Source: Streptosporangiaceae bacterium
GTDB taxonomy: Bacteria > Actinomycetota > Actinomycetes > Streptosporangiales > Streptosporangiaceae
Assembly: GCA_036495585.1 (NCBI GenBank)
Contig: DASXMP010000127.1
Coordinates: 12,749-76,748 of the forward strand
Direction of reading: 5' to 3'
Length of the DNA stretch: 64,000 nucleotides
The notes under the pieces were generated by a model. That model saw nothing but the letters and a program-made list of their open reading frames with translations, was not told the DNA's origin and did not search any database. This document shows, in pieces, positions 28,363-38,857 of this stretch. Position 1 is the first letter of the stretch; every line of letters begins with the position of its first letter. The position numbers and the translations under genes were made by a program.

Positions 28363-28590
28363 TCGTACTCCTGCCTGTCGCCTCTGCAAGGGGCGCGGCA
28401 GTCCCGGGTTCTGTTTCCCCGGCCGCGCCGACGATCTGCTGTTTATCTAGGTGACTAGCACATTAGAATAATGAGTTCCCGCGGTCAAGCGACTCGGGGT
28501 CAGGCGTTCGCGCAGAAGATCTCACGCTGACTGCCGACACGCCGCCGCGCTTGCGTGAGGCTGGCCCTCATGCTCGTTACGGTGGGGATC

Positions 28591-31248
28591 ATGGCGACTC
28601 GTGCGCCCAGTAAAGGCGCAGCGCGCTCTCGTGGCGGCACGAATAGCCGGACCAGATCCGCCAGCACCTCGGCGCGAAGCAGGTCCGGCACTAAGGCGCG
28701 CGGTCGCAGTTCGAGCCGATCGCGGGGCGCGGGGCGGCGGTATACGCCACCGCCCCCGTCGCAAAACCCGTTTGTGATCCTCGCGGGCTGGGTCGGCTCC
28801 ACGATTACCGGCGTCTGGATGGCAATCGCGCACGGCGTCGGCGCCATCTTCCGTACGTTCGGCCAGCACGCCAGGGATCTGGATCCGCTGCACCGCAGGG
28901 ACGGTATCGGGCTCGCGGCCGTGTGCGCCGCGATCGTGTCCGCCGTCGCCACCTGGTGGCATGCGTCGGGGCCGATTCGGCCGCTGGACACGTTCCTGGC
29001 CAGCGTTCTCGGGTCCGGGGCGTGGACCGTGCCGGTCCTGCTCGGTCTGCTGGGCTGGCGGTTCCTGCGGCATCCCGACCGGAATGCCGACACCGGCCGG
29101 ATGGTGATCGGCTGGACCGCGCTCATGGTCGGTGTGCTCGGCCTGGTGCACGTGGCCTCCGGCGCGCCCCGGCTGTCCGCCGGAATGCCGGCCATCAGGT
29201 CGGCGGGCGGGCTCGTCGGATTCGCGATCTCCGTGCCGCTGGTCGCGGTGATCACGACCTGGGCCACGATCCCGGTGCTCGTTCTCGTCTCCGGTTTCGG
29301 CCTGCTCGTGGTCTCCGGGACGCCGCTGCACCGCGTCCCGGAGCGGGTCGCCGAGCTGCTCGGCCTGATGCTCCGGCGGCCCGACGACCAGCAGGCCGCC
29401 GAGGAAGGCGACGAGCCAGCTCCGTCCGGCCGCGCACTCGCCAGGCTGACCCGCCGCAAGGCCGATGCGCTGGACGTGGGTGCGCGCGACCGCGCTTACG
29501 ACACGCCGCTCATCGGCGGCGCGCTGCAACGCACCGACAAGGACCGCGTTAAGCCGGACCCGGCCGCCGCCGCAGCCGCCGCAGCGGAGGCGGGCAGCGG
29601 CATCGGCGGCCTGCGGTTCACCACCCCGGCCGGCGTCGACGCCGGCGGGGGTGGCGACTGGCACGATCCCTGGGCCGCCGCCGAGGACGGCACGGCCGTC
29701 GGCGCGGTCCCCGCGGCAGCTGGCGGCTCGCCGGCGGCGGCGAAGAAGCACGAGCAGCTCACGCTCGCCGCTGTTACCGACGGCAGCTATACGCTGCCGC
29801 CGGTCGCACTGCTGAAGCCCGGCACTACGCCCCGCGCCCGGACGCGGGCCAACGACGGCGTGGTCGAGGCCCTGTCCGGCGTGCTTGATCAGTTCGACGT
29901 CGATGCTCAGGTCACTGGGTTCACCCGGGGGCCGACCGTTACGCGGTACGAGATCGAGCTGGCGCCCGCGGTCAAGGTCGAGCGGGTGACCCAGCTCAGC
30001 AGGAACATCTCGTACGCGGTCAAGAGCGCCGACGTGCGGATCCTGTCCCCGATTCCGGGCAAGTCGGCGATCGGCGTGGAGATCCCGAACGCCGACCGAG
30101 AGGTCGTCAGCCTCGGCGATGTCCTCCGCTCGCCAGTCGCGACCAGCGACCAGCATCCGATGGTGGTCGGACTCGGCAAGGACGTCGAAGGCCGCACGGT
30201 CGTCGCGAACCTGGCGAAGATGCCGCACATCCTGATCGCCGGCGCCACGGGCAGCGGCAAGAGCGTCTGCCTCAATGGCCTGATCACCTCAATCCTGCTG
30301 CGGGCCACGCCGGACGAGGTCCGGATGGTGCTGGTTGACCCGAAGCGGGTTGAGCTGGCCGCCTACGGCGGGATCCCGCACCTTATTACGCAGATCATCA
30401 CCAGCCCGAAGAAGGCGGCCGAGGCCCTGGAGTGGGTTGTCGGCGAGATGGAGCGGCGCTACGACGACCTTGCTGCCTCGGGATTCCGGCACGTGGACGA
30501 CTTCAACAAGGCGGTCCGGGCCGGGCGGGTGAATGCGCCGCCCGGGTCGGAACGCGAGTACGTGCCGTATCCCTATCTGCTGGTGGTGGTGGACGAGCTT
30601 GCGGACCTGATGATGGTCGCGCCCCGGGACGTCGAGGACGCCGTAGTGCGGATCACCCAGCTGGCCCGGGCGGCGGGCATTCACCTCGTGCTGGCGACCC
30701 AGCGGCCGAGCGTCGACGTCGTTACCGGGCTGATCAAGGCCAACGTGCCGTCCAGGCTGGCCTTCGCTACGTCCAGCCTGACCGACAGCCGCGTCATCCT
30801 GGATCAGCCTGGCGCGGAGAAACTTGTCGGGCAGGGTGACGCGCTGTTCCTGCCGATGGGCACGAGCAAGCCGATCCGGCTGCAGAACGCCTTCGTGACC
30901 GAGAAGGAAATCCGCGAGATCGTCGCGCACTGCAAGAAGCAGGCCGAGCCTGCTTACCGGGACGACGTGATCGCCCCGGCGGGTAAGCGGCGCGAGATCG
31001 ACGCGGACATCGGCGACGACCTTGAGTTGCTGATGCAGGCGGCCGAGCTGATCGTGAGCAGTCAGTTCGGCTCGACCTCGATGTTGCAGCGCAAGCTCCG
31101 CGTGGGCTTCGCCAAGGCTGGCCGCCTGATGGACCTCCTGGAGAGCCGCGGCGTCGTCGGTCCCAGCGAGGGGTCCAAGGCGCGTGACGTTCTGGTGCGC
31201 CCAGACGACTTGCCGGGTTTGCTGGCTTCGCTACGCGGAGAGGAATAA
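28591..31248 (+). CDS. ftsK: DNA translocase FtsK/SpoIIIE
   Basis: N-terminal TM helices and a long linker precede the motor domain. Motor motifs are Walker A GATGSGKS and Walker B VVVDELADLMM. The gamma wHTH is STSMLQRKLRVGFAKAGRLMDLLE. Confidence 0.95.
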   Translation: MATRAPSKGAARSRGGTNSRTRSASTSARSRSGTKARGRSSSRSRGAGRRYTPPPPSQNPFVILAGWVGSTITGVWMAIAHGVGAIFRTFGQHARDLDPLHRRDGIGLAAVCAAIVSAVATWWHASGPIRPLDTFLASVLGSGAWTVPVLLGLLGWRFLRHPDRNADTGRMVIGWTALMVGVLGLVHVASGAPRLSAGMPAIRSAGGLVGFAISVPLVAVITTWATIPVLVLVSGFGLLVVSGTPLHRVPERVAELLGLMLRRPDDQQAAEEGDEPAPSGRALARLTRRKADALDVGARDRAYDTPLIGGALQRTDKDRVKPDPAAAAAAAAEAGSGIGGLRFTTPAGVDAGGGGDWHDPWAAAEDGTAVGAVPAAAGGSPAAAKKHEQLTLAAVTDGSYTLPPVALLKPGTTPRARTRANDGVVEALSGVLDQFDVDAQVTGFTRGPTVTRYEIELAPAVKVERVTQLSRNISYAVKSADVRILSPIPGKSAIGVEIPNADREVVSLGDVLRSPVATSDQHPMVVGLGKDVEGRTVVANLAKMPHILIAGATGSGKSVCLNGLITSILLRATPDEVRMVLVDPKRVELAAYGGIPHLITQIITSPKKAAEALEWVVGEMERRYDDLAASGFRHVDDFNKAVRAGRVNAPPGSEREYVPYPYLLVVVDELADLMMVAPRDVEDAVVRITQLARAAGIHLVLATQRPSVDVVTGLIKANVPSRLAFATSSLTDSRVILDQPGAEKLVGQGDALFLPMGTSKPIRLQNAFVTEKEIREIVAHCKKQAEPAYRDDVIAPAGKRREIDADIGDDLELLMQAAELIVSSQFGSTSMLQRKLRVGFAKAGRLMDLLESRGVVGPSEGSKARDVLVRPDDLPGLLASLRGEE

Positions 31249-31390
31249 TTCGGTCCAGCGTCCGGCCCCGCGGCGGCCCGCCGGCCGGGCCAATTACCGC
31301 CCGACCCTCGCCGACCGGTGATCGGGTGTCTACACTAAGTGACCGTCCAGTCATGGGGTTCGGGGGAAGCATGACGTACGGAGGCGCCGC

Positions 31391-32149
31391 GTGAGCATAG
31401 GTGACGCCCTGGCGGCGGCGCGTACGCAGGCCGGGCTCAGCATTACCCAGGTGAGCCAGCGGACGTGCATCAGGGAGACCATTGTCCGCGGCATCGAACG
31501 CGGCGACTATTCGGCCTGCGGCGGTGACTTCTACGCGCGCGGCCACATCCGCAGCATCGGGCGGGCCGTCGGCCTCGATCCGGAAGAACTGATCAGGGAG
31601 TACGACGCGACCCAGGCGCCACCGCAGCAGATCACCGCGGCTGATGTCTTCCAGCCGTTCACTCCGGTCAAGCTGAAAGAGCGCAGGCGTCGACCGTACT
31701 GGAGCGGGGTGCTGGCCGCCGGAGTAGTGGTCGCGCTGGCGATCGTCGGCTTCCGGTTCTTCGGCTCGCACGGGCCACCGGCCCGGCCAACTGCTGCCAC
31801 CACCCACACCACGCAGACGACCCACTCCAGCCCGCCCAAGAAGCAGACCACAACCAAGCCGGTCGTCAACATCACGCCCCGGCATGTGGCGCTGATGGTG
31901 GTCGCCAAGCCCGGCAGTGTCACGTGGGCCGAGTTCACCGCGGCCAACGGCCGCGTCGTGTTCCAGGGCGACATCGGCGTCGGGGCCGGGCTCACCCAGA
32001 AATCGTGGACGGCGCCGCGTGGTCCGGTCACCGTGCAGCTGGGCAACCCGGGCGGAGCGATCCTCTACCTGAACGGCAAGAGGCAGGCTTACAACCAGAC
32101 GCACCCGGTCGTGCTGTCGTGCACCCGGACAATCTGCACCGCGCACTGA
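31391..32149 (+). CDS. RodZ-like HTH membrane protein (HTH, TM, DUF4115-like C-terminus)
   Basis: GTG start. The HTH is LSITQVSQRTCIRETIVRGIERGD and the TM helix is VLAAGVVVALAIVGF. Confidence 0.7.
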   Translation: MSIGDALAAARTQAGLSITQVSQRTCIRETIVRGIERGDYSACGGDFYARGHIRSIGRAVGLDPEELIREYDATQAPPQQITAADVFQPFTPVKLKERRRRPYWSGVLAAGVVVALAIVGFRFFGSHGPPARPTAATTHTTQTTHSSPPKKQTTTKPVVNITPRHVALMVVAKPGSVTWAEFTAANGRVVFQGDIGVGAGLTQKSWTAPRGPVTVQLGNPGGAILYLNGKRQAYNQTHPVVLSCTRTICTAH

Positions 32150-32305
32150 ACGTTGGGCTGAGGCGGCGCGTTCCACGCCCGGGCTCGTCAGAGCGCCGGA
32201 CCGTCCGCCAAGCTTCGCCATAATGCGCATATCGCCCGGTCCCGGCCGGGCGTGGTGCACCCCTGCTGGTCGCTGGCACCAGCGCGATTACCGTAGTCTG
32301 CCGGT

Positions 32306-33856
32306 GTGCCTTCCTCCAGTCAGCGGCAGGTGAGCCAGGCCCGGGCGCGCGGCGTCCGGCTGGTGACGCTCGGCTGCGCCCGGAACGAGGTGGACTCCGA
32401 GGAGCTGGCGGCGCGCCTCGAAGACGGTGGCTGGACGCTCGCGGAGGCCGGCGACGACGCGGCCGTCGTGCTGGTGAACACCTGTGGCTTCATCCAGGCA
32501 GCCAAGCAGGAGTCAATCGGCGAGCTGCTGGATGCCGCGGCGGGCGGCGCGAAGGTCGTGGCCGCCGGCTGCCTGGCCGAGCGGTACGGCTCAGGCCTGG
32601 CCGAGGCCATGCCCGAGGCGCAGATCCTCAGCTTCGATGACTACACCGACATAGCGGCCAGGCTGGATGCGGTGGCCACTGGCGCGCACTGGGCCGCGCA
32701 CGACCCGCGGGACCGGCGCACCCTGCTGCCGCTCTCGCCAGCCGCCCGCCCCGGCAGCTCGGCCGCTAGCCTGCCCGGTCATGGCCTGACGGGCGTCTCA
32801 GCACCCGGCCTCGGCGGCGCGCCTGCCGCCACGCCGGCGCGGCCGGACAACGGGATCGCGGACCTGCCGGAGGGCATTGCGCCGGCGTCTGGCCCGCGGG
32901 TCTTGCGCCGCCGTCTCGGCGGCGGCGTGGTCGCCCCGCTCAAGATCGCCTCCGGCTGTGACCGGCGATGTACCTTCTGCGCGATCCCCGCCTTCCGTGG
33001 CGCCTTCGTGTCCCGCCGTCCAGACGACCTGGTGGCCGAGGCTGGCTGGCTCGCCGATCACGGTGCGCGCGAGCTGCTGCTGGTGAGCGAGAACTCGACT
33101 TCTTACGGGAAGGACCTGGGCGACCTCCGGCTGCTGGAGACACTGCTACCCCGGCTTGCGCTCGTTCCCGGCATCGCGCGCGTTCGTGTCAGCTACCTGC
33201 AGCCTGCCGAGGTCCGCCCGGGGCTGGTGGAGGTGCTCGCCGGCACGGCCGGCGTGGCGCCCTATTTTGACCTCTCTTTCCAGCACGCCAGCGGGAGCGT
33301 CCTGCGCGCCATGCGGCGATTCGGCGACGGCGCCCGGTTCAGTCAGCTCATCGAGCAGATCAGGAGCCTGGCACCGGAGGCGGGCATCAGGTCCAACTTC
33401 ATCGTCGGGTTCCCCGGCGAGACCGAGGCCGACGTTGCCGAGCTGCAGGACTTCCTGGCCGATGCACGCCTGGATGCGATCGGCGTCTTCGGCTATTCGG
33501 ACGAGGACGGCACCGAGGCCGCCGGCTTGCCGGGCCAGCTGTCCGAGGACGAGATCGCCGCTCGCGTGGAGGACCTGGCCAGCCTGGCCGATGACCTGAT
33601 GACGGCGCGGGCGGCCGAGCGGATCGGGCAGGATGCCGAGATCCTCATCGACGAGGCGCTTGGCGGCGGCCTGTACCAGGGCCGGGCGGCCCATCAGGCC
33701 CCTGAGGTCGACGGAACGGTCGAGGTGCGCAGCGACCGGCCGCTGGCGCCGGGTGACCTGGTGACGGCGGCTATCACCGGGAGCGAGGGGGTGGACCTGG
33801 TCGCCGCCGTCCGGGCCGGTGCAGCCGCGGGGGTCGGCGCGCCGGGCGCGGGTTGA
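32306..33856 (+). CDS. rimO: Ribosomal protein S12 methylthiotransferase RimO (radical SAM, with an internal insertion)
   Basis: The UPF0004 N-domain starts [16 protein letters not shown]. The radical-SAM motif is [16 protein letters not shown]-like C-terminus is present. Confidence 0.85.
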   Translation: MPSSSQRQVSQARARGVRLVTLGCARNEVDSEELAARLEDGGWTLAEAGDDAAVVLVNTCGFIQAAKQESIGELLDAAAGGAKVVAAGCLAERYGSGLAEAMPEAQILSFDDYTDIAARLDAVATGAHWAAHDPRDRRTLLPLSPAARPGSSAASLPGHGLTGVSAPGLGGAPAATPARPDNGIADLPEGIAPASGPRVLRRRLGGGVVAPLKIASGCDRRCTFCAIPAFRGAFVSRRPDDLVAEAGWLADHGARELLLVSENSTSYGKDLGDLRLLETLLPRLALVPGIARVRVSYLQPAEVRPGLVEVLAGTAGVAPYFDLSFQHASGSVLRAMRRFGDGARFSQLIEQIRSLAPEAGIRSNFIVGFPGETEADVAELQDFLADARLDAIGVFGYSDEDGTEAAGLPGQLSEDEIAARVEDLASLADDLMTARAAERIGQDAEILIDEALGGGLYQGRAAHQAPEVDGTVEVRSDRPLAPGDLVTAAITGSEGVDLVAAVRAGAAAGVGAPGAG

Positions 33857-34470
33857 CGCAGCCAGGTCCTGGCTCGAAGGCCGGTGCGGGCGGGCGGCCG
33901 GCGGCTGGCGTTGCGGCCGGGTCGGCGCCGGCCACTCCGAGCCTGGTCAATATCGCGAATGCGCTGACCGTCCTCCGGCTGCTGCTTGTTCCGGTCTTCA
34001 TCTTGTTTCTTCTCGGCGGCGGCACGACCGCCCGGACCATCGCCTTCGTCGCCTTCGCGGTGGCTTCGGCCACGGACCTGCTGGACGGTGAGCTGGCACG
34101 GCGACGGAGCCTGATCACGGACTTCGGCAAGATCGCCGACCCGATTGCGGACAAAGCCCTCACTGGTGCCGCCCTTATCACCATCTCCTACCTTGGCGAG
34201 CTGGCCTGGTGGGTTACCGCCATCATCGTGTTCCGCGAGCTGGCAGTGACCGGGCTGCGATTCTGGGTGATCAGGCGCGGCGTGATCGCCGCCAGCCGGG
34301 GCGGCAAGATCAAGACGATGCTGCAGATCGTGGCGATCAGCCTCTACGTGCTCCCGTGGCACATCACGCTGGTCCGGGAGATCGTGATGGGCGCCGCTGT
34401 GGTGGTCACGGTGGTGACCGGCATCGACTACGTAGCCAGGGCGATCCGGCTGCGGCGCGCTGTCCAGTGA
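33853..34470 (+). CDS. pgsA: CDP-diacylglycerol-glycerol-3-phosphate 3-phosphatidyltransferase
   Basis: The CDP-alcohol phosphatidyltransferase motif is [27 protein letters not shown]. The TTG start overlaps the rimO stop (TTGA). Confidence 0.9.
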   Translation: MTQPGPGSKAGAGGRPAAGVAAGSAPATPSLVNIANALTVLRLLLVPVFILFLLGGGTTARTIAFVAFAVASATDLLDGELARRRSLITDFGKIADPIADKALTGAALITISYLGELAWWVTAIIVFRELAVTGLRFWVIRRGVIAASRGGKIKTMLQIVAISLYVLPWHITLVREIVMGAAVVVTVVTGIDYVARAIRLRRAVQ

Positions 34471-34991
34471 ATCCGGCGGCTGAGCCGATCCGGGAGTCCG
34501 GGACGGCGAGCAGCGAGCAGCTGGCCCAGGAGGCAATCGAGCGGCTGACCGCCGCCGGGCAGACCCTGGCGGTGGCCGAGTCCTTGACCGGCGGCCTCGT
34601 GGCGGCTGCCCTGACCACGGTGGCCGGCTCGTCAGCGGCCTTCCGCGGCGGGATCGTGGCCTATGCCACCGAGCTGAAGACCGCGCTCCTCGGCGTGCCG
34701 GCTGACCTGCTGGCTGCGCATGGCCCGGTCTATGACGAGGTGGCGGAGGCGATGGCCCTGGGCGTCCGGGACCGGCTCGGGGCTGCCTATGGCCTCGGGA
34801 CGACCGGCGTGGCTGGGCCTGGCCCGGCCGACGGGCATCCGGCCGGCACGGTATTCATTGCGGTCGCTGGCCGCCTGGGCTCCCAGACCCAGGGCCTCAG
34901 CCTGGGCGGAGACCGGTACGAGGTCCGGGCGCAAACTGTGCAAAGCGCGCTTTCTCTGCTGGTCAGGGCGCTGCGGGAAGATCAGGACTGA
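34467..34991 (+). CDS. cinA: CinA-family protein (PncC-type nicotinamide-nucleotide amidase domain only)
   Basis: The GTG overlaps the pgsA stop (GTGA). Motifs are [11 protein letters not shown] and GTTGVAGP. Confidence 0.85.
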   Translation: MNPAAEPIRESGTASSEQLAQEAIERLTAAGQTLAVAESLTGGLVAAALTTVAGSSAAFRGGIVAYATELKTALLGVPADLLAAHGPVYDEVAEAMALGVRDRLGAAYGLGTTGVAGPGPADGHPAGTVFIAVAGRLGSQTQGLSLGGDRYEVRAQTVQSALSLLVRALREDQD

Positions 34992-35101
34992 TTACAGTGT
35001 TACGAACACGTGAACACGCGGCTATGCCCTCTCCCGCACGGTGTGCAGGGGCAGGTACGGTAGAGAGGTCAGCACGTAGACCTCAGGGAGGGAGCGCGAC
35101 G

Positions 35102-35656
35102 ATGGTCTTGCTTCGTCACTTGCTCGGTGACGCGCTTCGGCGGCTTCGCCTTCGCCAGGGTCGCACTCTGCGCGAGGTCTCGGCGACTGCCCGCGTCTCC
35201 CTGGGTTACCTGTCTGAAGTAGAGCGGGGCCAGAAGGAGGCCTCCTCGGAGCTGCTTGCCTCGATTTGCGACGCGCTCGGCGCGCCGCTGTCCCAGGTCC
35301 TGCGCGAAGTGTCGGACAGCTTCGCCTTGGCCGAGCTCCAGGCTGAGCCTTCGTTCGAGATCCCGCGCGAGCCTGCTCTGGCGGGTAAGGGCGGGCCTGG
35401 CCCTGGCGACGGGGATGAGCCCGAGTCGGCCAGCCGAACGGTGCCGTCCGGTCAGCCTGCGCCCCAGCGGGCAGCGGTCCGGGTCGGCCAGGCTGGCGCG
35501 CAGCGGCTGGTCATGCCGCAGCGCAAGATCACCGTACGCACGGGCCAGCAGCTGGTGCCCTCGGCGGAGCCGCGGATCGAGCAGGTAACGCTTCCGGGTC
35601 ACGACCGGAAGTTCGACAAGCTATCCCGCGACATTACGGACATGGTGCCTGTCTAA
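35102..35656 (+). CDS. clgR: XRE-family HTH regulator, ClgR-like, with a ~80-aa C-terminal extension
   Basis: The ATG is preceded by GGGAGGGA. The HTH is [37 protein letters not shown]. Its position after pgsA-cinA matches clgR synteny. Confidence 0.75.
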   Translation: MVLLRHLLGDALRRLRLRQGRTLREVSATARVSLGYLSEVERGQKEASSELLASICDALGAPLSQVLREVSDSFALAELQAEPSFEIPREPALAGKGGPGPGDGDEPESASRTVPSGQPAPQRAAVRVGQAGAQRLVMPQRKITVRTGQQLVPSAEPRIEQVTLPGHDRKFDKLSRDITDMVPV

Positions 35657-35739
35657 GCTACCAGTCATGCTTGTCCGACCGTGGTCCGTCAACCGCTCAG
35701 CTGGAGTGGTGGCGGACCACAGTCATGCAGGCGAGCCGG

Positions 35740-36201
35740 TCAGGCGGGGTGCGAGGCCCAGGCTTCCGGGTTGTCAGCGAGCTTGCGGACGCTCGGGGGC
35801 AGGCTGCCCGTCACGATGTGCTCGAGCGTGACTTCCTCAAGGATGGCGCGCTCGTTGGCGCGGAGGGCGATCCACACCGCCTGCAAGGGCTCGGCGGCCC
35901 CGACGTAGCCCAGATTCTCTGGGCGCTCACCGCGCACGCCGACGAGCGGGCCGTCGATCGCCCGGATGATGTCGGCGAGCGAGATCTCCGCGGCGGGCCT
36001 GGCCAGCCAGAATCCGCCGTCCGGACCACGCTGGCTGCGCACCAGCCCAGCGCGGCGCAACTGGGTCAGGATCGCTTCAAGGAACTTGCCAGGAATGGCC
36101 TGCGTCCGCGCAAGCTGATCGGCCGTGACGTGCCCGCCACTGGACGCGGCAAGCTCGATGACGGCGCGCAGCGCATAATCGGAACGAGCGGACAGACGCA
36201 T
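35740..36201 (-). CDS. Rrf2-family transcriptional regulator
   Basis: N-terminus MRLSARSDYALRAVIELA, with GKFLEAILTQLRRAGLV. ATG 36201 was chosen over the track start at 36285. Confidence 0.85.
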   Translation of the reverse strand: MRLSARSDYALRAVIELAASSGGHVTADQLARTQAIPGKFLEAILTQLRRAGLVRSQRGPDGGFWLARPAAEISLADIIRAIDGPLVGVRGERPENLGYVGAAEPLQAVWIALRANERAILEEVTLEHIVTGSLPPSVRKLADNPEAWASHPA

Positions 36202-36314
36202 ATGCAGCATTATGCAGGTAACCGTGGCCGGCTTGCCCCTGACGCTCCGGTGAAGTCCTTCTGACAGGTAACAATGCGGCCGCAACCGGACACCGGTCCG
36301 AGTAGGCCTGCGAC

Positions 36315-37871
36315 TCAGGGCCAGGCGAGGCCGAGGACTTCAGCGACCGCCTGGCCGCTGCTGCGGCTTGCACCGTAACTCGCCACGTAGGCACCGGTGG
36401 CTGGCCGCCAGGCCGGGATTCCCATCTCCACCAGGACGGCGTCCGGCCGGGCCGCCAGCAGGCTGGCGGCAACGTCCTCGGCCACCGGATGCCGGTGCGC
36501 GTCTCGCGTCACGATGATCAAAGTCCGCCCGGTCGCCTCGGCCAGCAGGCCGGCCAGCAGGGCTGGCACGCCGCCGGGCGCCGTCCCAGTGCTGACCTCC
36601 CGGTAGCTGTCGGCCGCGACCCATGGGCGAAGGCCCCAGGGGACTTCGCCCACCGCCAGGTTGGCGGGCGGCACCAGCTGGACCACCAGGGGATCACGGG
36701 GCGCCGGGATGCTGCCCTCGGCCCGGACGGCGCGCCTGGCCGCAGCCAGGCCGACGGCCTCGCGGGCGGCCGCGCCGCGCACCGGGCCGACCGGGCCCCG
36801 CGAGTCGGCTGCCTCCGCCGCTGCTGCCATCCAGGCCCGCAGCTCGTCCACCCGGGCCGCGGCCTCCTCCAGCCGAGCTCCCGGCAGCCGGCCCGAGCGC
36901 ACCGCCTCCACCAGCGCCGCCTTGACGGCGAGGCACATCCTGCGGTCCTGGTCACGGCCGAGGCACAGCAGGTCGGTGCCAGCGATCACGGCCAGCACCG
37001 CCGCCTCCGGGATGCCGTAGCGCTCGCTGACGGCCCGCATCTCCAGGCCGTCGGACACAATCACTCCGGTGAACCCCAGCTCGCCACGGAGCAGGCCGGT
37101 CAGTGCTCGCGCGGAGATCGACGCCGGCAGGTCCCCGGTGAGCTCAGGCACGCGGATATGACTCGGCATGATGGCGCGGACGCCGGCGTCGATCGCGGCT
37201 GCGAACGGCGGTAGCTCGCGCTTACGCAGGACGCTCAGCGGCGCGTCGACAGTCGCGACCACGAGGTGCGAGTCCAGCGTCGTGCTGCCGTGGCCAGGGA
37301 AGTGCTTGGCGCAGGCGGCGACGCCGGCTGACTGCAGGCCCGCGACGGCCGCCGCGCCGTGCCGGGCTACCAGCGCCGGGTCGGACCCGAACGACCTGGT
37401 CCCGATCACCGGGTTGTCGGCAGCGGTGTTGACGTCCACCGACGGGGCCAGGTCGAGATTGATGCCGAGCGCGCGCAGGTCCGCGCCAAGCGCCGCGTAC
37501 ACGGCCTCGGTCAGCGCGACGTCGTCGGCCGCGCCGAGAGCGCTGTTGCCCGGGTACTCGCTGCCCGTCTGATGGAAGATGCGGGTGACGTCGCCGCCTT
37601 CCTCATCGATGGCGATCACCGGTGCCCCGGCAGTCAGGGCCGCAGCGGCGGACTCGGCGGCCGCGGGGCCGGCCGCCGCGCGCAAGCTGGCCGTCAGCGC
37701 GGCAAGCTGGGCACGGTCGGCCACGTTCGGGCCGAAAAGTGTCACGCCGGCCAGCCCATCGGTCAGCGCCGCGCGGATCCATCCGGGTGCGCGGGGACCG
37801 GGGAAGGGCGGTATCAGGACCGCGTCGGCTAGCCGGCCCAGGACTGGGTCGGCTGTTAGCTCCTGGGTCAT
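36315..37871 (-). CDS. Glycoside hydrolase family 3 (NagZ-like beta-N-acetylhexosaminidase/beta-glucosidase)
   Basis: Motifs DEEGGDVTR and KHFPGHGSTTLDSH are present. The ATG overlaps the upstream permease stop (ATGA). Confidence 0.8.
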   Translation of the reverse strand: MTQELTADPVLGRLADAVLIPPFPGPRAPGWIRAALTDGLAGVTLFGPNVADRAQLAALTASLRAAAGPAAAESAAAALTAGAPVIAIDEEGGDVTRIFHQTGSEYPGNSALGAADDVALTEAVYAALGADLRALGINLDLAPSVDVNTAADNPVIGTRSFGSDPALVARHGAAAVAGLQSAGVAACAKHFPGHGSTTLDSHLVVATVDAPLSVLRKRELPPFAAAIDAGVRAIMPSHIRVPELTGDLPASISARALTGLLRGELGFTGVIVSDGLEMRAVSERYGIPEAAVLAVIAGTDLLCLGRDQDRRMCLAVKAALVEAVRSGRLPGARLEEAAARVDELRAWMAAAAEAADSRGPVGPVRGAAAREAVGLAAARRAVRAEGSIPAPRDPLVVQLVPPANLAVGEVPWGLRPWVAADSYREVSTGTAPGGVPALLAGLLAEATGRTLIIVTRDAHRHPVAEDVAASLLAARPDAVLVEMGIPAWRPATGAYVASYGASRSSGQAVAEVLGLAWP

Positions 37872-38857
37872 CCTTTCACCGCTCCGGCGGTCAGCCCTCC
37901 GACCAGCCTCCGGCGGACGATGAGGAAGAAGATCATCGCCGGGATCGTGTACATGCTGGAGGCGGCCATGATGGGACCCCACTCAGCACCGTGCTGACCG
38001 AAGAAGTAGGTCAGGTAGATCGGCAGCGTGTACGCGGAGTGCGTCTGGCCGAGGAAGGTCAGCGCGTAGATGAACTCGTTGTAGGCGGTGATGAAGGCGA
38101 AGATGCTGGTGGCGACCAGACCGGGCGCGACCAGCGGGAACAGGATCCGCCAGAAGATCCGCGGCCCCGTTGCGCCGTCGATCGCCGCTGCCTCCTCCAG
38201 TTCCTTCGGGATCGTGGCGACGAAGTTGCGCAGCATCCAGATGGTGACCGGGAGCGCCTGCGCGGCATAGGCCACGACCAGGCCGGTCAGGCTGTCCAGC
38301 AGGTTGATCGCCTTGAAGTCGAGGAACAGCGCGATGATCAGCGCCTGGCCGGGGATCATCTGCACAACCAGCAGCAGGATCAAGAACGTGGTGCGCAGCC
38401 GGAACCGGAACCTGGCCACGGCGACCGAGGCGAGGAGCGCGAGCACGGAGGCAATGACCACGGTCACCAGCGCAACGGCCAGGCTGTTGCGGAAGAAGAG
38501 CCAGATCGGCCCGATCCCGCCGGTCACCTTGCCGCTGATTACCTGCGTGATGTTCGACAGCGTGGGGTGCGTGGGCAGCAGGTTCGGGGTGAGGGAGTAG
38601 ATCTCCTGCGACGGCTTGAACGCCGTGCTGATCATCTCGAAGATCGGGAACAGGGTGACGACGGCGATGATCAGTCCGAGCCCGTTCAGGCTGACTGCCT
38701 TGGCCCGCTTGACCGTCCGCGCGCGCGCAGCTGCGCGGGTACCGGTCGGGCGCGAGCCCGCGATGCGAGCGCGGACCGGAATGGCCCCGGTGGCCGGCGT
38801 GCCGAGCCCTTCCCGCGCTGCCGACGCCGCCTCGCTGCTCATGTCCACGCCGGTCAC
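37868..38857 (-). CDS. Carbohydrate ABC transporter permease (MalG-like)
   Basis: The EAA loop is EEAAAIDGATGPRIFWRILFPL. GTG 38857 overlaps the upstream stop (GTGA); the alternative is ATG 38842. Confidence 0.85.
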   Translation of the reverse strand: MTGVDMSSEAASAAREGLGTPATGAIPVRARIAGSRPTGTRAAARARTVKRAKAVSLNGLGLIIAVVTLFPIFEMISTAFKPSQEIYSLTPNLLPTHPTLSNITQVISGKVTGGIGPIWLFFRNSLAVALVTVVIASVLALLASVAVARFRFRLRTTFLILLLVVQMIPGQALIIALFLDFKAINLLDSLTGLVVAYAAQALPVTIWMLRNFVATIPKELEEAAAIDGATGPRIFWRILFPLVAPGLVATSIFAFITAYNEFIYALTFLGQTHSAYTLPIYLTYFFGQHGAEWGPIMAASSMYTIPAMIFFLIVRRRLVGGLTAGAVKG

